Shown here one piece after another: positions 18,167 to 28,194 of a stretch of DNA of 64,000 bases. Every line of letters starts with the position of its first letter. Position 1 is the first letter of the stretch. The notes under the pieces were generated by a model, which worked only from the letters and a program-made list of their open reading frames with translations, did no database searches and was not told the DNA's origin. The position numbers and the translations under genes are program-made. Source of the DNA: Planctomycetota bacterium (lineage in GTDB: Bacteria > Planctomycetota > PUPC01 > DSUN01); assembly GCA_035384565.1 (NCBI GenBank), contig DAOOIT010000002.1, forward strand, positions 8,579 to 72,578, given 5' to 3'.

Positions 18167-18775
18167 CTACCGAACCCCGGCCCTGGCCACCACGACAAGT
18201 GTCTTGCAGAACCACTGGCGCAGGTAGCCAGGCAACCTGCCGAGGCCCCAGTATCTGGTGGAGTCCGTTACGTAGTGCATCGCCACCTCCGTGAATCCCT
18301 CCCTCGAGAGAAGATGTCGCAGAGTCCCAGGGCAATACCAGCAGGTGTGCTCATGGTTGAGCGAGACCCTTCCGTACCTCAACACTTCCCAGACCAGTTT
18401 CGGGTAGAAGGCGTTCGGCGTGGTCAAGATCAGCGCTCCCCCAGGCACGAGATGGCGTTTCATGTTCCTCAGGAACAGACCCGGGTTTGACAGGTGCTCG
18501 ATCACCTCCCCCGCGACAATGCAGTCGAACTCCTCGCCAAGCGTCACCATCTCAGCATCGCCGTGGAGAATGCTGTACCCCTTGCGACACAAAGCCTGCA
18601 CACCACGCTCATCTTTGTCGAGGCCAATGACCCGCCGCGCGTGCTTGCGGACAATGTGATGAAGCCACGCGGGGTTTGCTTCCCTGTCGGCATCTCTGCC
18701 AATGCACCCCACATCAAGCACGTTCTTCCCTCTGATGGTCTCCGCAACGATGCTCTCTCTTGTCTCCCTGCCCAT
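18167..18775 (-). CDS. Class I SAM-dependent methyltransferase
   Basis: VLDVGCIGRDAD...DCIVAGEVIEHLSNPGLFLRNMKRHLVPGGALILTTPN (motif I/post-I/II); 202 aa. Confidence 0.8.
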   Translation of the reverse strand: MGRETRESIVAETIRGKNVLDVGCIGRDADREANPAWLHHIVRKHARRVIGLDKDERGVQALCRKGYSILHGDAEMVTLGEEFDCIVAGEVIEHLSNPGLFLRNMKRHLVPGGALILTTPNAFYPKLVWEVLRYGRVSLNHEHTCWYCPGTLRHLLSREGFTEVAMHYVTDSTRYWGLGRLPGYLRQWFCKTLVVVARAGVR

Positions 18776-18850
18776 GGGCCTTATGCTCCGCTTGTGGCCC
18801 GATGCGCTGAGGATAAGCGCCGCAACGCCAACCCTCAGATAGGAGGCATG

Positions 18851-20431
18851 TTACCTCGAAACTGCATAGACCGTGCCGTCGTCGAGCTCCGCGACCTCGT
18901 GCAACCTCACCCTCTGCCGAAGCTGCTCCACTGTGAAGAGGTGCCTCGCCCGCCCTCGCCTGAACCACACAAGATATGCCTTCTCCTCCTCCGGCCACGG
19001 GCCACTGAACGCGTGGGATTCACCCATCGCTTCGCGCGAGTTGTACATGCCCTTTGCAGGGCTCTCGCTTGCGGGCATCTTTGTCTGAATGTAGAGCGCG
19101 TAAGGCGCGTTGCTGTAGACTCTGCACTCGGGCTCCAGAGGATGGCTCCGTAGCCACTGGATGGTTCGGCTCTGCGTCCACGGCTTGCTGGTGTATCCCT
19201 CTGGCCCCTCTCGCCACAGAGCCAGGAGACGAGACCCACTCGCGACGACCGGGTATAGCAGCCATATTGCGGCGCCTACAGCCAGCAGGCGAGTTCGCAT
19301 CGGGCGAGCGGGGCGGAGATTCCGTATGTGTCGCTCAAACTCCCCTGCGGCACGGAGGAGGAGTACTGTCAAGGGGACATACACAGGCGATACCAACCTG
19401 CTGTTAGGCGGGTCGTAGGCTGTGGTGGCCGAGGTCACAGCTAGGAATAGGACGTAGACCCCGATGAACACGAGAAGGGGAGACATAGACGCCCCGGAAC
19501 CTCCTTGGCCGGTGCCGACGTGTTCGGCTACCAGGGTTGGCACCGCAATGCAACACAGGGCAAGCTGGGGCGACAGATGCACAAGCCTACAGAACTCAAC
19601 GATGGGGACATACCACGACACAATCACAGCGGCAACTAGCATGCAGGTCTGATGCAGCCCGTATACGGAGCTTGCACGTGGCCCCAAGAGTGTGCCCGTC
19701 AGTGCATAGTTCCTGATCGCCCATGCACCCAGCGGAGCTGCCGCTATAGGCAGCAGGAGGCAGACATGCGCGATCCGCGTGCGCCATTCGCGCCCTACAG
19801 CGAAGAGGATGACCGCCACGCCGGTGGCGATGATCGTCACGCCGGCATACCTGGTCGCAGCAGCGAAGCCGGCAGCCATGGCGGCTGCCATCAGGAAGCG
19901 GACCCGCGGCTCTCGCAGATACGACTCCACGGCCAGCAGGAAACACACGGACAAGGCGATGAAGAGGGGCTCGGACCATGCCATCACTGACACAGAGAGC
20001 AGCGGTTTCGAGAACAGCACGAGGGCCTGCACAAGGACCACGAGAACCGGCGAGGCTCTGAGGTGCCGGGCGGCCAACTCCCCTGAGAGGTACACGATCA
20101 GACCGAAGAGCACGGCATTGACCACGTGAGCCGAGCCCAGGGGGTCAGCCCCAGTACTCCACTGGACCGTTGCCAGGAGCATTGGATAGAGTGGGGGCTG
20201 CATGACCAGAGGGGTGCCATCCCAAATGGTGGCGCCCGCTCCCGCGGCCATGTGCCTTGCTGCTGCAATATAGCCCACGGAGTCGGGCGAGATTCCGGCC
20301 CCGTGATGGCCGATGCAGAACAGGACCATGCATGTCCCGATGAGACCCAGCAATCCGCCGGCTATTCTACATCTCACCGGGTGTGTCATTGCAGACCTCG
20401 CTGTCGGGGTCCGAGAGCCATCCACCACCAC
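18851..20431 (-). CDS. GT-C membrane glycosyltransferase, ArnT/PMT-like (lipid-linked-sugar-dependent)
   Basis: 526 aa, about 11 TM helices; first loop SPDSVGYIAAARHMAAGAG resembles ArnT's D-E-x-R-Y-A-E-I-S-R-E-M loop; soluble C-terminal domain. Start possibly at MTHPV (about 20389). Confidence 0.6.
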   Translation of the reverse strand: MVVDGSRTPTARSAMTHPVRCRIAGGLLGLIGTCMVLFCIGHHGAGISPDSVGYIAAARHMAAGAGATIWDGTPLVMQPPLYPMLLATVQWSTGADPLGSAHVVNAVLFGLIVYLSGELAARHLRASPVLVVLVQALVLFSKPLLSVSVMAWSEPLFIALSVCFLLAVESYLREPRVRFLMAAAMAAGFAAATRYAGVTIIATGVAVILFAVGREWRTRIAHVCLLLPIAAAPLGAWAIRNYALTGTLLGPRASSVYGLHQTCMLVAAVIVSWYVPIVEFCRLVHLSPQLALCCIAVPTLVAEHVGTGQGGSGASMSPLLVFIGVYVLFLAVTSATTAYDPPNSRLVSPVYVPLTVLLLRAAGEFERHIRNLRPARPMRTRLLAVGAAIWLLYPVVASGSRLLALWREGPEGYTSKPWTQSRTIQWLRSHPLEPECRVYSNAPYALYIQTKMPASESPAKGMYNSREAMGESHAFSGPWPEEEKAYLVWFRRGRARHLFTVEQLRQRVRLHEVAELDDGTVYAVSR

Positions 20432-20479
20432 GAAGCGCGATCCAGGGCACCATGTCCGCTTGAGTGTTCTGCTGGCCTC

Positions 20480-21742
20480 TCAGCGCCAACCCGCCGCCAG
20501 CGGGCACGGGGTGCCAGGCGGGGACGCCGAATCCAGCACCGCCCCCAGCGCGCCCGCTTGCTCCCGGCGGCTCCACTTCTGGATTTCGGCGGGCCTTCGG
20601 TCCATCCGGATATCCCCCGTGCCCTTCCACTCGCGATGCCACCCCAGGAGCACGGCCTTGGCCTCCGCCACCGAGCCACACGCCCGGCCGATCCCGGTGC
20701 TCGCAAGGAGAGGGTCCACGCCCTCCGGGTCGCTGGGATATGCCAGGACGGGCCGGCCCGCGGCCATGTACTCGAAGAGCTTGCCCGGCAACACGCACGG
20801 CGCGCCCGGAATGCCCAGCGACAGGAGCACCGTGGCCCCGCGCTGCACCCGCAGGGCCTCGGCATTCGGCACCCAGGGCAACTGCCTCACCGGCGCGGCC
20901 GACCGGCGCGCCTCGGGCAGGCACGCCCGCCGCGCCCGACGGCCCAGGCAGCCGTGAAACTCCACGGCGATCTCGCTCGCCGGAATGGCGCCGTCGCGCA
21001 CCAGCTCATCCACGGCCTGGAGGATCGGCCCTGGGTCCTGCCGGCCCTGGATGGTGCCCGTGTAGACGATGCGGAAGACATCTCCCTCGGGCCGCCCGGG
21101 GGCCTCGCACAGTTGCTCAGGGTCGAAGCCGTTCGAGATGAACGTGATGGGCGCGCGGTGCCGGCGGCTCAGAATGTGTGCATTCGGCTCGATGGTGGTG
21201 ATCCGCGCCGCGGTGCGGCAGAAGCGCGCCTCGCGCCACGCCATCACCTTGCGCACCCACCAGGGGTAGACGACGTACTTCTCCGCAATGTCACGAAAGT
21301 CCGCCACCCACGGCACGCCCAGCCGCCGCGAGAGGCCCGAGGCGATGAGGAACACGCTGTAGCCGGGCGCCGTCGCCCAGATCGCATCCACGTCCAGAGA
21401 CAGCCCGCGCGCCTGCCGGAGGCCCTGGCGGGCCGTGCGGCTGTTGTCGGAGCCTGGCAGCACCCAGTATTCGGCGATGCCCCGCATCGCCTTCAGGAGC
21501 GGGTTGGCCGACAGCGGCCGCACGCTCCGCACGATTCGGAGGACGCGCGACTCGTCGAGGCCCGCCTCGCGGCGCAGTTCCTCGGGGCTCACGGGGTCGC
21601 GCAGGTGTGCGGGCTCGCACTGCGTCAGCACCGTCACCTCCCAGCCGAACTCCCTCAGGTACTTCGCCAGGCCGGCGGGGCGGCGGGCCGAGATGTGGTT
21701 CTCGGGCAGGAAGGCGGGCGTGACGAAGAGCACCCTCCTCAC
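20480..21742 (-). CDS. Glycosyltransferase family 4 (tandem paralog A)
   Basis: Conserved N-terminus RRVLFVTPAFLPE begins at a GTG (21740-21742) that overlaps the TGA of the upstream gene (GTGA); C-terminal KLFEYMAAGRPVLAYPSDPEG. About 45% identical at a glance to the next gene. Confidence 0.8.
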   Translation of the reverse strand: MRRVLFVTPAFLPENHISARRPAGLAKYLREFGWEVTVLTQCEPAHLRDPVSPEELRREAGLDESRVLRIVRSVRPLSANPLLKAMRGIAEYWVLPGSDNSRTARQGLRQARGLSLDVDAIWATAPGYSVFLIASGLSRRLGVPWVADFRDIAEKYVVYPWWVRKVMAWREARFCRTAARITTIEPNAHILSRRHRAPITFISNGFDPEQLCEAPGRPEGDVFRIVYTGTIQGRQDPGPILQAVDELVRDGAIPASEIAVEFHGCLGRRARRACLPEARRSAAPVRQLPWVPNAEALRVQRGATVLLSLGIPGAPCVLPGKLFEYMAAGRPVLAYPSDPEGVDPLLASTGIGRACGSVAEAKAVLLGWHREWKGTGDIRMDRRPAEIQKWSRREQAGALGAVLDSASPPGTPCPLAAGWR

Positions 21743-22977
21743 GCGCCGCGTCCCTTGTGCTCGGCCACCACGCGGTCGAGCACTGCCGCCAGCGTCTTGG
21801 CCTGTTCCTTGCGGCTGTACTTCATGATCTCGTCCGGATTGCGGCTCATGCGGATGTCGCCCGTCTGCTTCCACTCCCGATACCACCGCAACAGCACCGT
21901 CTTCAGCTCCTCTACGGAGTCGCACGAGACCCCAATCCCCGTCGCCTCCAGCACACGGTCCAGGCACTCGGGATGTTTGGGGTAGGACAATACAGGACGC
22001 CCGGCAGCCATATACTCGAAGACCTTGCTCGTCAGCACCCCCGGTGTGTCTGGCATGCCGAGCACGAGCAGCACCGTCGCCTCACGCTGTGCGCGGAGAA
22101 TCTCGGTCAGGGACAGCTTCGGCAGGATGCGGGGCGGCTTGCGGAATGAATTGAGTCCGTGCTCCCGCAGGAACTCAGCGGAAAGCGAGTAGAGCAGGAT
22201 CTCCACTTCTTCCGCTGGTACAGCACCCTCGGTGATCAACTCATTCATCGCCCTGGTCACTGGCAGCACGTCCCGAGAACCCCACGCTGAACCCGTGTAG
22301 GCGATTGTGAACGTGCCCACCCTCGGCCGGGGAGGCTCTGCACACAGCCAGTCCGGGTCAAAGCCGTTCGGGATCACCGTGACAGGAACGGCGGCTCTCT
22401 GCCGCAGCAGCGCGGCCCAGGGCTCCGATACCGCGATCTGGTGCGAGGCGGTTCGACAGATGCGCCTCTCGCGCCAGGCCACCAGCCTCCTGAGGGCTTG
22501 GTTCTGGACGATCAGATCCACCGGATCCCTGTGGTCAGCCACCCAGGGCACACCGTGCTCTCTCGCTGCGATCGTGGCCGCGACGAACGGGCCCCAATGC
22601 GGTCCAGTGGCCCAGATCACCTCAGGGGCGCACGGCTGGCGCCCCAGTTCTGCCAGCACCTGCCGCGCCCATCGCGAGCTGCGGGATCCAGGAAGACACA
22701 GAATGTCGATCACCCCGAGCCACCTTCGTGCCAGCCTGCCCATCGAGGCGGCGCGTTCCGCGGGGAGGTGCTTGCGGATGATCTGCGATTCGGGAATGCC
22801 GACGTTGGCTCGGACCTCCTCATCAGACATCGGGCCCAGGCAGTCTGCGGGCAGCGACGTCAGCACGGTGACGTGCCAGCCGCAGGCCGGGAGGTACTTG
22901 GCCATCGCCGCCGCGCGGCGGGACGACTGCCGGTTCATCGGCGGGAAGTCGGGGGCGATGAGGAGGACGCTTCTCAT
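21739..22977 (-). CDS. Glycosyltransferase family 4 (tandem paralog B)
   Basis: Start MRSVLLIAPDFPPMN (ATG 22975-22977, ATGA overlap); KVFEYMAAGRPVLSYPKHPE; C-terminal ...MKYSRKEQAKTLAAVLD paralogous to the previous gene. Confidence 0.8.
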   Translation of the reverse strand: MRSVLLIAPDFPPMNRQSSRRAAAMAKYLPACGWHVTVLTSLPADCLGPMSDEEVRANVGIPESQIIRKHLPAERAASMGRLARRWLGVIDILCLPGSRSSRWARQVLAELGRQPCAPEVIWATGPHWGPFVAATIAAREHGVPWVADHRDPVDLIVQNQALRRLVAWRERRICRTASHQIAVSEPWAALLRQRAAVPVTVIPNGFDPDWLCAEPPRPRVGTFTIAYTGSAWGSRDVLPVTRAMNELITEGAVPAEEVEILLYSLSAEFLREHGLNSFRKPPRILPKLSLTEILRAQREATVLLVLGMPDTPGVLTSKVFEYMAAGRPVLSYPKHPECLDRVLEATGIGVSCDSVEELKTVLLRWYREWKQTGDIRMSRNPDEIMKYSRKEQAKTLAAVLDRVVAEHKGRGA

Positions 22978-24188
22978 GGTCCTGCCCCAGGCCGAGCGCC
23001 GGCTCCCGGGCCGCGGGTACCGGCGCCGCCCGAGGCACCGAATGGGACGGCGGGCCGGTTCAGGCATTCCTCGTACGCGGCGTGCAATTGCCGGCCCACG
23101 CTCGCGAGGCTGAAGCGCTGGGCCGCGTACTCCGAGAGCCGACTCGGCGGGAAGTCGCTCAGATGGTCGAGCATGTAGTCAATTCCTCGGCACAGCGCGG
23201 CCTCGTCGTTCGGAGGCACGAGCATGCCGACCTCGGGGGTGATGAACTCCTCGGGCCCGCCGCAGCGGGTCGCCAGCACGGGCGTGCCGGTGGCCAGGGC
23301 CTCAATGGCGACGATGGAGAAGGTCTCGCACAGGCTGCTGACGACCACGAGGTCGGCTCCCCGCATCCTTTCGGCGACCTCCCCGTGCGGTCGGGCGCCC
23401 AGGAAGCTCACCTTGTCCAGAAGACCGAGATCGGCGGCCGTCTTCACGTATCCCTCCCGAGCCGGGCCGTCGCCCACAATGTCTAGCCGCCAATCCGCGC
23501 GTGTGCCCCGGAGGGCCGCCAACGAGCGGAGCAGAACGGGTATCCCTTTGAGGTGCCGTCCGTCGTAGAAGCCGACCGAAAGGAGGCGCCTCGCCGGCTC
23601 AGCAGGCGGCGCCACCTTGGGACGGAAGGTCGCCGTGTCCACAGGATTCGGCACGACGCGAAAGCGCGCACGGATGCCGTATGCTTCGATAGCGTGCTGC
23701 AAGGCGAGGCTTATCGGCAACACCAGCCGCGCTCTCGCGAAGGCGAACCTGGCCTTGCGAACCTGGCGTCTCGACAGGGTCTTCATCAGGAAGGAGCTGA
23801 AGTGCTCCGAGATGACCACGGGGAGGCCATAGCGCTTGCCAAGGAGCACCGCCGCGAACCCGGCATCGAACACGTGCGCGTGAAGAAGGTCCGGCCTGAA
23901 CCCGCCGGCCCAGAGCTGTCGGAACGCTCGGAACGTGCTGTACGTTTCCCAGAGAAACGACCAGCCTGGAACCGCGGCACAGCGGTGCCGGACGCGATAG
24001 GTCGGGATGCCCGCGGTGAGGGCTTCATCCGGCTCGCGTTCCACGAGGTAGCGCCGGCGCAGGTGCGGGCAGCGGCCGGCCATGTGAAGCACCACGACCT
24101 CGTTGTGCAGGGCAGCGGCCTTGGCGTGCGCCCGAACGAAGCCGCCAGCTCCGGGAGGATACCAGGGGGTGAGCAGCAGAACCCTCAG
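22974..24188 (-). CDS. Glycosyltransferase family 4 (no canonical start codon at the conserved N-terminus)
   Basis: GT4 core LRVLLLTPWYPPGAGGF...ISEHFSSF...SLCETFSIVAIEALATGTPVLATRCGGPEEF. In-frame codons at the N-terminal beta-strand are CTG-AGG-GTT, with the CTG overlapping the TGA of the upstream GT2 (CTGA). The nearest upstream ATG would overlap the GT2 by more than 300 nt. Confidence 0.65.
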   Translation of the reverse strand: MRVLLLTPWYPPGAGGFVRAHAKAAALHNEVVVLHMAGRCPHLRRRYLVEREPDEALTAGIPTYRVRHRCAAVPGWSFLWETYSTFRAFRQLWAGGFRPDLLHAHVFDAGFAAVLLGKRYGLPVVISEHFSSFLMKTLSRRQVRKARFAFARARLVLPISLALQHAIEAYGIRARFRVVPNPVDTATFRPKVAPPAEPARRLLSVGFYDGRHLKGIPVLLRSLAALRGTRADWRLDIVGDGPAREGYVKTAADLGLLDKVSFLGARPHGEVAERMRGADLVVVSSLCETFSIVAIEALATGTPVLATRCGGPEEFITPEVGMLVPPNDEAALCRGIDYMLDHLSDFPPSRLSEYAAQRFSLASVGRQLHAAYEECLNRPAVPFGASGGAGTRGPGAGARPGAGP

Positions 24189-25300
24189 GCGCCATCCTCC
24201 GCGGGGTCTTCTGGGGTCGGGGTGTGGCGCGCTGTCCCGCTTCTTCCCTGATGGGCAGGCAGGAAGTGCGCGCGCTTGATGCCCAGAAGGCGCCCGACCT
24301 GCTTTACGGCGGCCAGGGTTGCCATTCGGGGCGGCCAGAGACGGAGGGCTCGCCAGAACAGCCGGCGGCTTGCCGCGCTGTTGCGTCGAACGAGAGCGAT
24401 GGACTGCTGGAGGAGCGACGCTGATGCTGCTCTCCTGAGCCAGGCGAAAGTGGAGCTGGACTCGCGCGCTCTGGCCTGGAGGAGCAGTTCGGCAAGGAGC
24501 GAGAGGACGAGAGGCAGTAGGTCGGCTTTGATCGGGCCATGACCACACAGAAGCCATCTTAGCCCCGCGGCCTCCGGCCCGCCAAGCTCGCGCCCGAGGT
24601 AGCGAGACATCAGGCGCCGGGAGACGCTGCAACCAAGCTCTCTGCCAGCAAGCCCGCGGGTGGCCGCGCTCGAACGGGGATGGGATCGGTGTCTCATCAG
24701 GGGGGCAGAGAGGTTGCCGAAGATCGTATGGTCACGGAGTCTCGCCCACAGGTCATAGTCCTGCGCAACCCAGAACCTCTCATCGTATCCGCCGAAGGTC
24801 AGAACCAGCTCGCGCCGGAAGATGGCCAGGGGGTGAGAGAGGCAGGCGGTCCAGAGAAGCATCAGCCTGATCTGTTCATCTCTGCACGGAGGCGAGTGAC
24901 GCTCAAGAATCCCTCCCTTCTCGTCAGTAGTCCAGAAAGCGGCGGACGATGCACCGATCTGCTGGCTGCGTTCCATGTAGCTCACCTGCCTGGCCAGGCG
25001 GGTGGGGACGTAGACATCATCCGCGTCCGCACGTGCCACAAGGGGGGCGCGCGCCGCCCGAAGGCCCCGGTTCAGCGACACAGGCAGCGTGAGGCAACGG
25101 TCATTGCGTACGACCACAACCCTGGGATCCGAGTAGCTGCGCAGAATCGCCCCTGTGCCGTCCGTGCTGCCATCGTCCACGATGAGGAACTCGAAATCCC
25201 GGAACGTCTGGGCGAGGATGCTATCCACCGCCTGGCGAAGGAAGGCCTCGCCGTTGTGAACGGACATCAGCACTGTCACCGCTGGCGCCGTCATGAACAC
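24185..25300 (-). CDS. Glycosyltransferase family 2
   Basis: VTVLMSVHNGEAFLRQAVDSILAQTFRDFEFLIVDDGSTDGT... is a canonical GT2 N-terminus; 371 aa. Confidence 0.85.
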   Translation of the reverse strand: MFMTAPAVTVLMSVHNGEAFLRQAVDSILAQTFRDFEFLIVDDGSTDGTGAILRSYSDPRVVVVRNDRCLTLPVSLNRGLRAARAPLVARADADDVYVPTRLARQVSYMERSQQIGASSAAFWTTDEKGGILERHSPPCRDEQIRLMLLWTACLSHPLAIFRRELVLTFGGYDERFWVAQDYDLWARLRDHTIFGNLSAPLMRHRSHPRSSAATRGLAGRELGCSVSRRLMSRYLGRELGGPEAAGLRWLLCGHGPIKADLLPLVLSLLAELLLQARARESSSTFAWLRRAASASLLQQSIALVRRNSAASRRLFWRALRLWPPRMATLAAVKQVGRLLGIKRAHFLPAHQGRSGTARHTPTPEDPAEDGA

Positions 25301-25313
25301 TTCACCATCGGTG

Positions 25314-25952
25314 TCACTTGACCGCTATGATCCAGGTGACAATGGGCCACCGTGGATCGTTTCTTGTGGCCAGTCGGTGGAAAGGGTGCCACCTGGCGTG
25401 CGGGACCCCTTCGTACCTGAGACCATCACCTTCGTCGCCCACTATCGGCCACACTTCTCTGTTCCCCCAGCTACCGACCTCGATAACCCTTGTCCAAGCT
25501 CGGTGGAGCAGAGACAAGCCTTGGGGTGTGAATCGCCAGAAGTCCTCTGGGGCGCCATGGATTGGGTGGAGCAGACAGGTGGTGTGGACAGCTATGCCGC
25601 CCCTTCTCAGAACTCGGTGGCATTCATCTATGGCCTGTTGTGGACTTCCCTCGACATGCTCCAGCACTTGGTCCGATAGCACGTGGTCAAAGCTGGCATC
25701 TGGGTAGTCAAGGTGGAGAATGCTGTGCTCTGGGTAGTTGGCCTCGACAACTGCCGTTGGCTTCAGGCTGAGGAGTCCGCAGAGATTGGCCGAATGACTG
25801 ATAGCGAGCACGCATCCTGTTCGGTGCGGCAAGAGCGTTCCGACAGCACGGAGTCGTTCATACATGAAGTAGCGGGTAATGCGAGGCCCACGACGCAGGC
25901 CCCTCATTGACAGGCGCCACACAAGTTCGCGCACCTTCTGTAAGATACGCAT
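25314..25952 (-). CDS. Class I SAM-dependent methyltransferase (small)
   Basis: Start MRILQKVRELV; ...FDHVLSDQVLEHVEGSPQQAIDECHRVLRRGGIAV (Methyltransf_11-like). Confidence 0.6.
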   Translation of the reverse strand: MRILQKVRELVWRLSMRGLRRGPRITRYFMYERLRAVGTLLPHRTGCVLAISHSANLCGLLSLKPTAVVEANYPEHSILHLDYPDASFDHVLSDQVLEHVEGSPQQAIDECHRVLRRGGIAVHTTCLLHPIHGAPEDFWRFTPQGLSLLHRAWTRVIEVGSWGNREVWPIVGDEGDGLRYEGVPHARWHPFHRLATRNDPRWPIVTWIIAVK

Positions 25953-25954
25953 CG

Positions 25955-26803
25955 CTACCTTGGTGTTTCGGGCAGAAGGGGGCGCGTGGCCACCACGACC
26001 TGGGTGAGCCAATACTTTCCTGTAGGGTTGAACTTGTAGAGGAGGTTCTTTCCAAACCAGATATTGGCAAGACTCATCAGCCAGCGGAAGACGGGTCTTC
26101 GGAGGAACAACCTGGGGTACCAGTAGTACAGATCGAGCGCGAACAACGATGTGCAGAAGGCATGCTGTGTGACGCAGAGGGACTCGCCGACAAGACGGCT
26201 GAACTCGCCGGGAAAGAACTCTCGCACGTGTTCCCTGGCCTGTACGAATTCGGTAAGGCGGACCGGGGTGGATAGGACGAGACGTCCGTTCGGCCGCATG
26301 ACCCGCCGCATGTCGGCCAGCAATCCTCGGGCGTCCGCGACGTGTTCGATCACGTCCGCGCAGACCACAACATCCTGTGTTCCGTCTCCGACGAGGGCCA
26401 GAGCATCCAGAACTTTGACTGATGCGCCCTTCCTACGCAGCATCTCGGCAGCCAGTGCCCTGCCTGTGAGGTCCGGCTCGACGCACGATGTCTGACCATT
26501 CGGGTTGCGGCGATACAGCATGTAAGTGAGCGCGCCATCACCAGAGCCGACGTCCAGAACGGACATGCCGTCCCGGATACGTACAGCATCCAGCACTGCG
26601 CGGTACCGAGCGGCCGTGAGGAGGTCATGGTTCCTGGGGTCGCGGCTGAACGCGAGCCAATGATAGGCTCCCCGCCTGACGTACTTGCTGAACGGAGGCA
26701 CACTTGGCTGTGTCTCACCGCTCACGTGCTCACCATCAGTTGCCTCGCGCATCGCAGTGTCCCTGCCGGATCGGCAGTCGCTAGTGGGATACGTGTGCTG
26801 CAT
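25955..26803 (-). CDS. Class I SAM-dependent methyltransferase
   Basis: VLDVGSGDGALTYML...DVVVCADVIEHVADARGLLADMRRVMRPNGRLVLSTP; 282 aa. Confidence 0.75.
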   Translation of the reverse strand: MQHTYPTSDCRSGRDTAMREATDGEHVSGETQPSVPPFSKYVRRGAYHWLAFSRDPRNHDLLTAARYRAVLDAVRIRDGMSVLDVGSGDGALTYMLYRRNPNGQTSCVEPDLTGRALAAEMLRRKGASVKVLDALALVGDGTQDVVVCADVIEHVADARGLLADMRRVMRPNGRLVLSTPVRLTEFVQAREHVREFFPGEFSRLVGESLCVTQHAFCTSLFALDLYYWYPRLFLRRPVFRWLMSLANIWFGKNLLYKFNPTGKYWLTQVVVATRPLLPETPR

Positions 26804-26892
26804 GCAGGCTGGCCCGCCAACGACCTCCCCATGTATCTGACCCGGAGTCAGCTCGGCGCGCCGGCCGCATCAGGCGAAGACATTCTCTAAGC

Positions 26893-28194
26893 TCACGGCT
26901 GAGCAATGTCGCCTGCCAGATGGGTGTCCACATCCCGGTACGACCAGTCAGCGAGCTGGAAGACGACGCCCTTTGCCTTGAGAAGTGGTCGTCTCACCCG
27001 AGGATTCGATTGGTCAACAGTGAAGCTGAGGCAACCATCTGCAAGGTCGGCTCGATTCCCGATGGTGTCGCCAACCCAGAACGACACCCTGTAGCGGTCG
27101 GGAACAAGCTGAAGCTGGGGAATGCATGCGCGGACCACACGCTGGCGAGCCGGGTGGAGAGCACTCGACCTTGAGTCGACGTCCCAAAGGTGATAGACTG
27201 GAGTTCCGTCGCTGTTGACGATGAGGATGCCGTGGCTATAGTGCTGAGAAGGCGACAAGTAGCGAACAGCAAACTCAAAGACGATGGACTCGCCAAGGCT
27301 GAAGTTGACCTTAGGGTTGCCCTCCCTATCACGGATGGAACCCTCAAGAATCCTGGCAGATCCATCACCGCTCTCCTCCGTCCTGGTCCGCAGACACACA
27401 CTCGCTCCGCTGCTTTCGCCTAGAGTCCGCAGGTAGAGCCTGACAGCCGCGCCTGGATCGAGATCCGCCACAAGGCTGCCCGCGTCCAGCACCAAGGCTC
27501 GACGACATAAGTGTGCAATCGCGGCCATGTTGTGGCTCACGAAGAGCACCGTTCGGCCGCCGTGCGCGACCTCGCTCATCTTCCCCAGGCACTTCTGTTG
27601 GAACCCCGCATCCCCCACGGCGAGCACCTCGTCCACGAGCAGGATCTCGGGCTCGAGGTGGGCGGCGACGGCGAAGGCGAGACGGACGTACATGCCCGAG
27701 GAATACCGCTTGACGGGGGTGTCTATGAACTTGTCCAGCTCGGCGAAGGCGACAATCTCGTCGAACTTGCGGGCGATCTCGGCCCTGCTCATGCCGAGGA
27801 TGGCGCCGTTGAGGTAGATGTTCTCGCGGCCCGTGAGCTCGGGATGGAAGCCGGTGCCGACCTCCAGGAGGCTGGCGACACGGCCCCGTATGCGGGCGCG
27901 GCCCTCGGTCGGCTCGGTGATGCGGGAGAGGATCTTGAGCAGGGTGCTCTTGCCGGCGCCGTTGCGGCCAATGATGCCAAGCACCTCGCCTTGCTGGACC
28001 TCGAAGGAGACGTCTTTGAGGGCCCAGATGGTGTCGTCGCCGCCGCTCGGGGCGCGGCCGAGGTTCCGAAGCCTTCTGAACGGTGCGGCGAGGGCGTCGG
28101 TGATGGCCTCGCGGAAGGTGTGGTAGCTCTCGCGCGCGCCGATGCGGTAGCTCTTGGAGAGGCCCTCGACTCGGATGACGGGCTCAGGCATCCG
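26893..28194 (-). CDS. wzt: Wzt/TagH-type polysaccharide ABC exporter ATPase with C-terminal carbohydrate-binding (Wzt_C-like) domain
   Basis: Start [15 protein letters not shown]; Walker [10 protein letters not shown], signature [14 protein letters not shown], Walker [14 protein letters not shown]-loop SHNM; about 180-aa C-terminal beta-rich extension (...[31 protein letters not shown]...VSFWVGD...). Confidence 0.85.
   Translation of the reverse strand, partial: RMPEPVIRVEGLSKSYRIGARESYHTFREAITDALAAPFRRLRNLGRAPSGGDDTIWALKDVSFEVQQGEVLGIIGRNGAGKSTLLKILSRITEPTEGRARIRGRVASLLEVGTGFHPELTGRENIYLNGAILGMSRAEIARKFDEIVAFAELDKFIDTPVKRYSSGMYVRLAFAVAAHLEPEILLVDEVLAVGDAGFQQKCLGKMSEVAHGGRTVLFVSHNMAAIAHLCRRALVLDAGSLVADLDPGAAVRLYLRTLGESSGASVCLRTRTEESGDGSARILEGSIRDREGNPKVNFSLGESIVFEFAVRYLSPSQHYSHGILIVNSDGTPVYHLWDVDSRSSALHPARQRVVRACIPQLQLVPDRYRVSFWVGDTIGNRADLADGCLSFTVDQSNPRVRRPLLKAKGVVFQLADWSYRDVDTHLAGDIAQP

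Noticed and set aside
20126-21985. 619-aa plus-strand ORF spanning two GT4 genes
   Set aside because: Arg/Pro/His-rich with no coherent domains; antisense to two well-supported GT4 genes.
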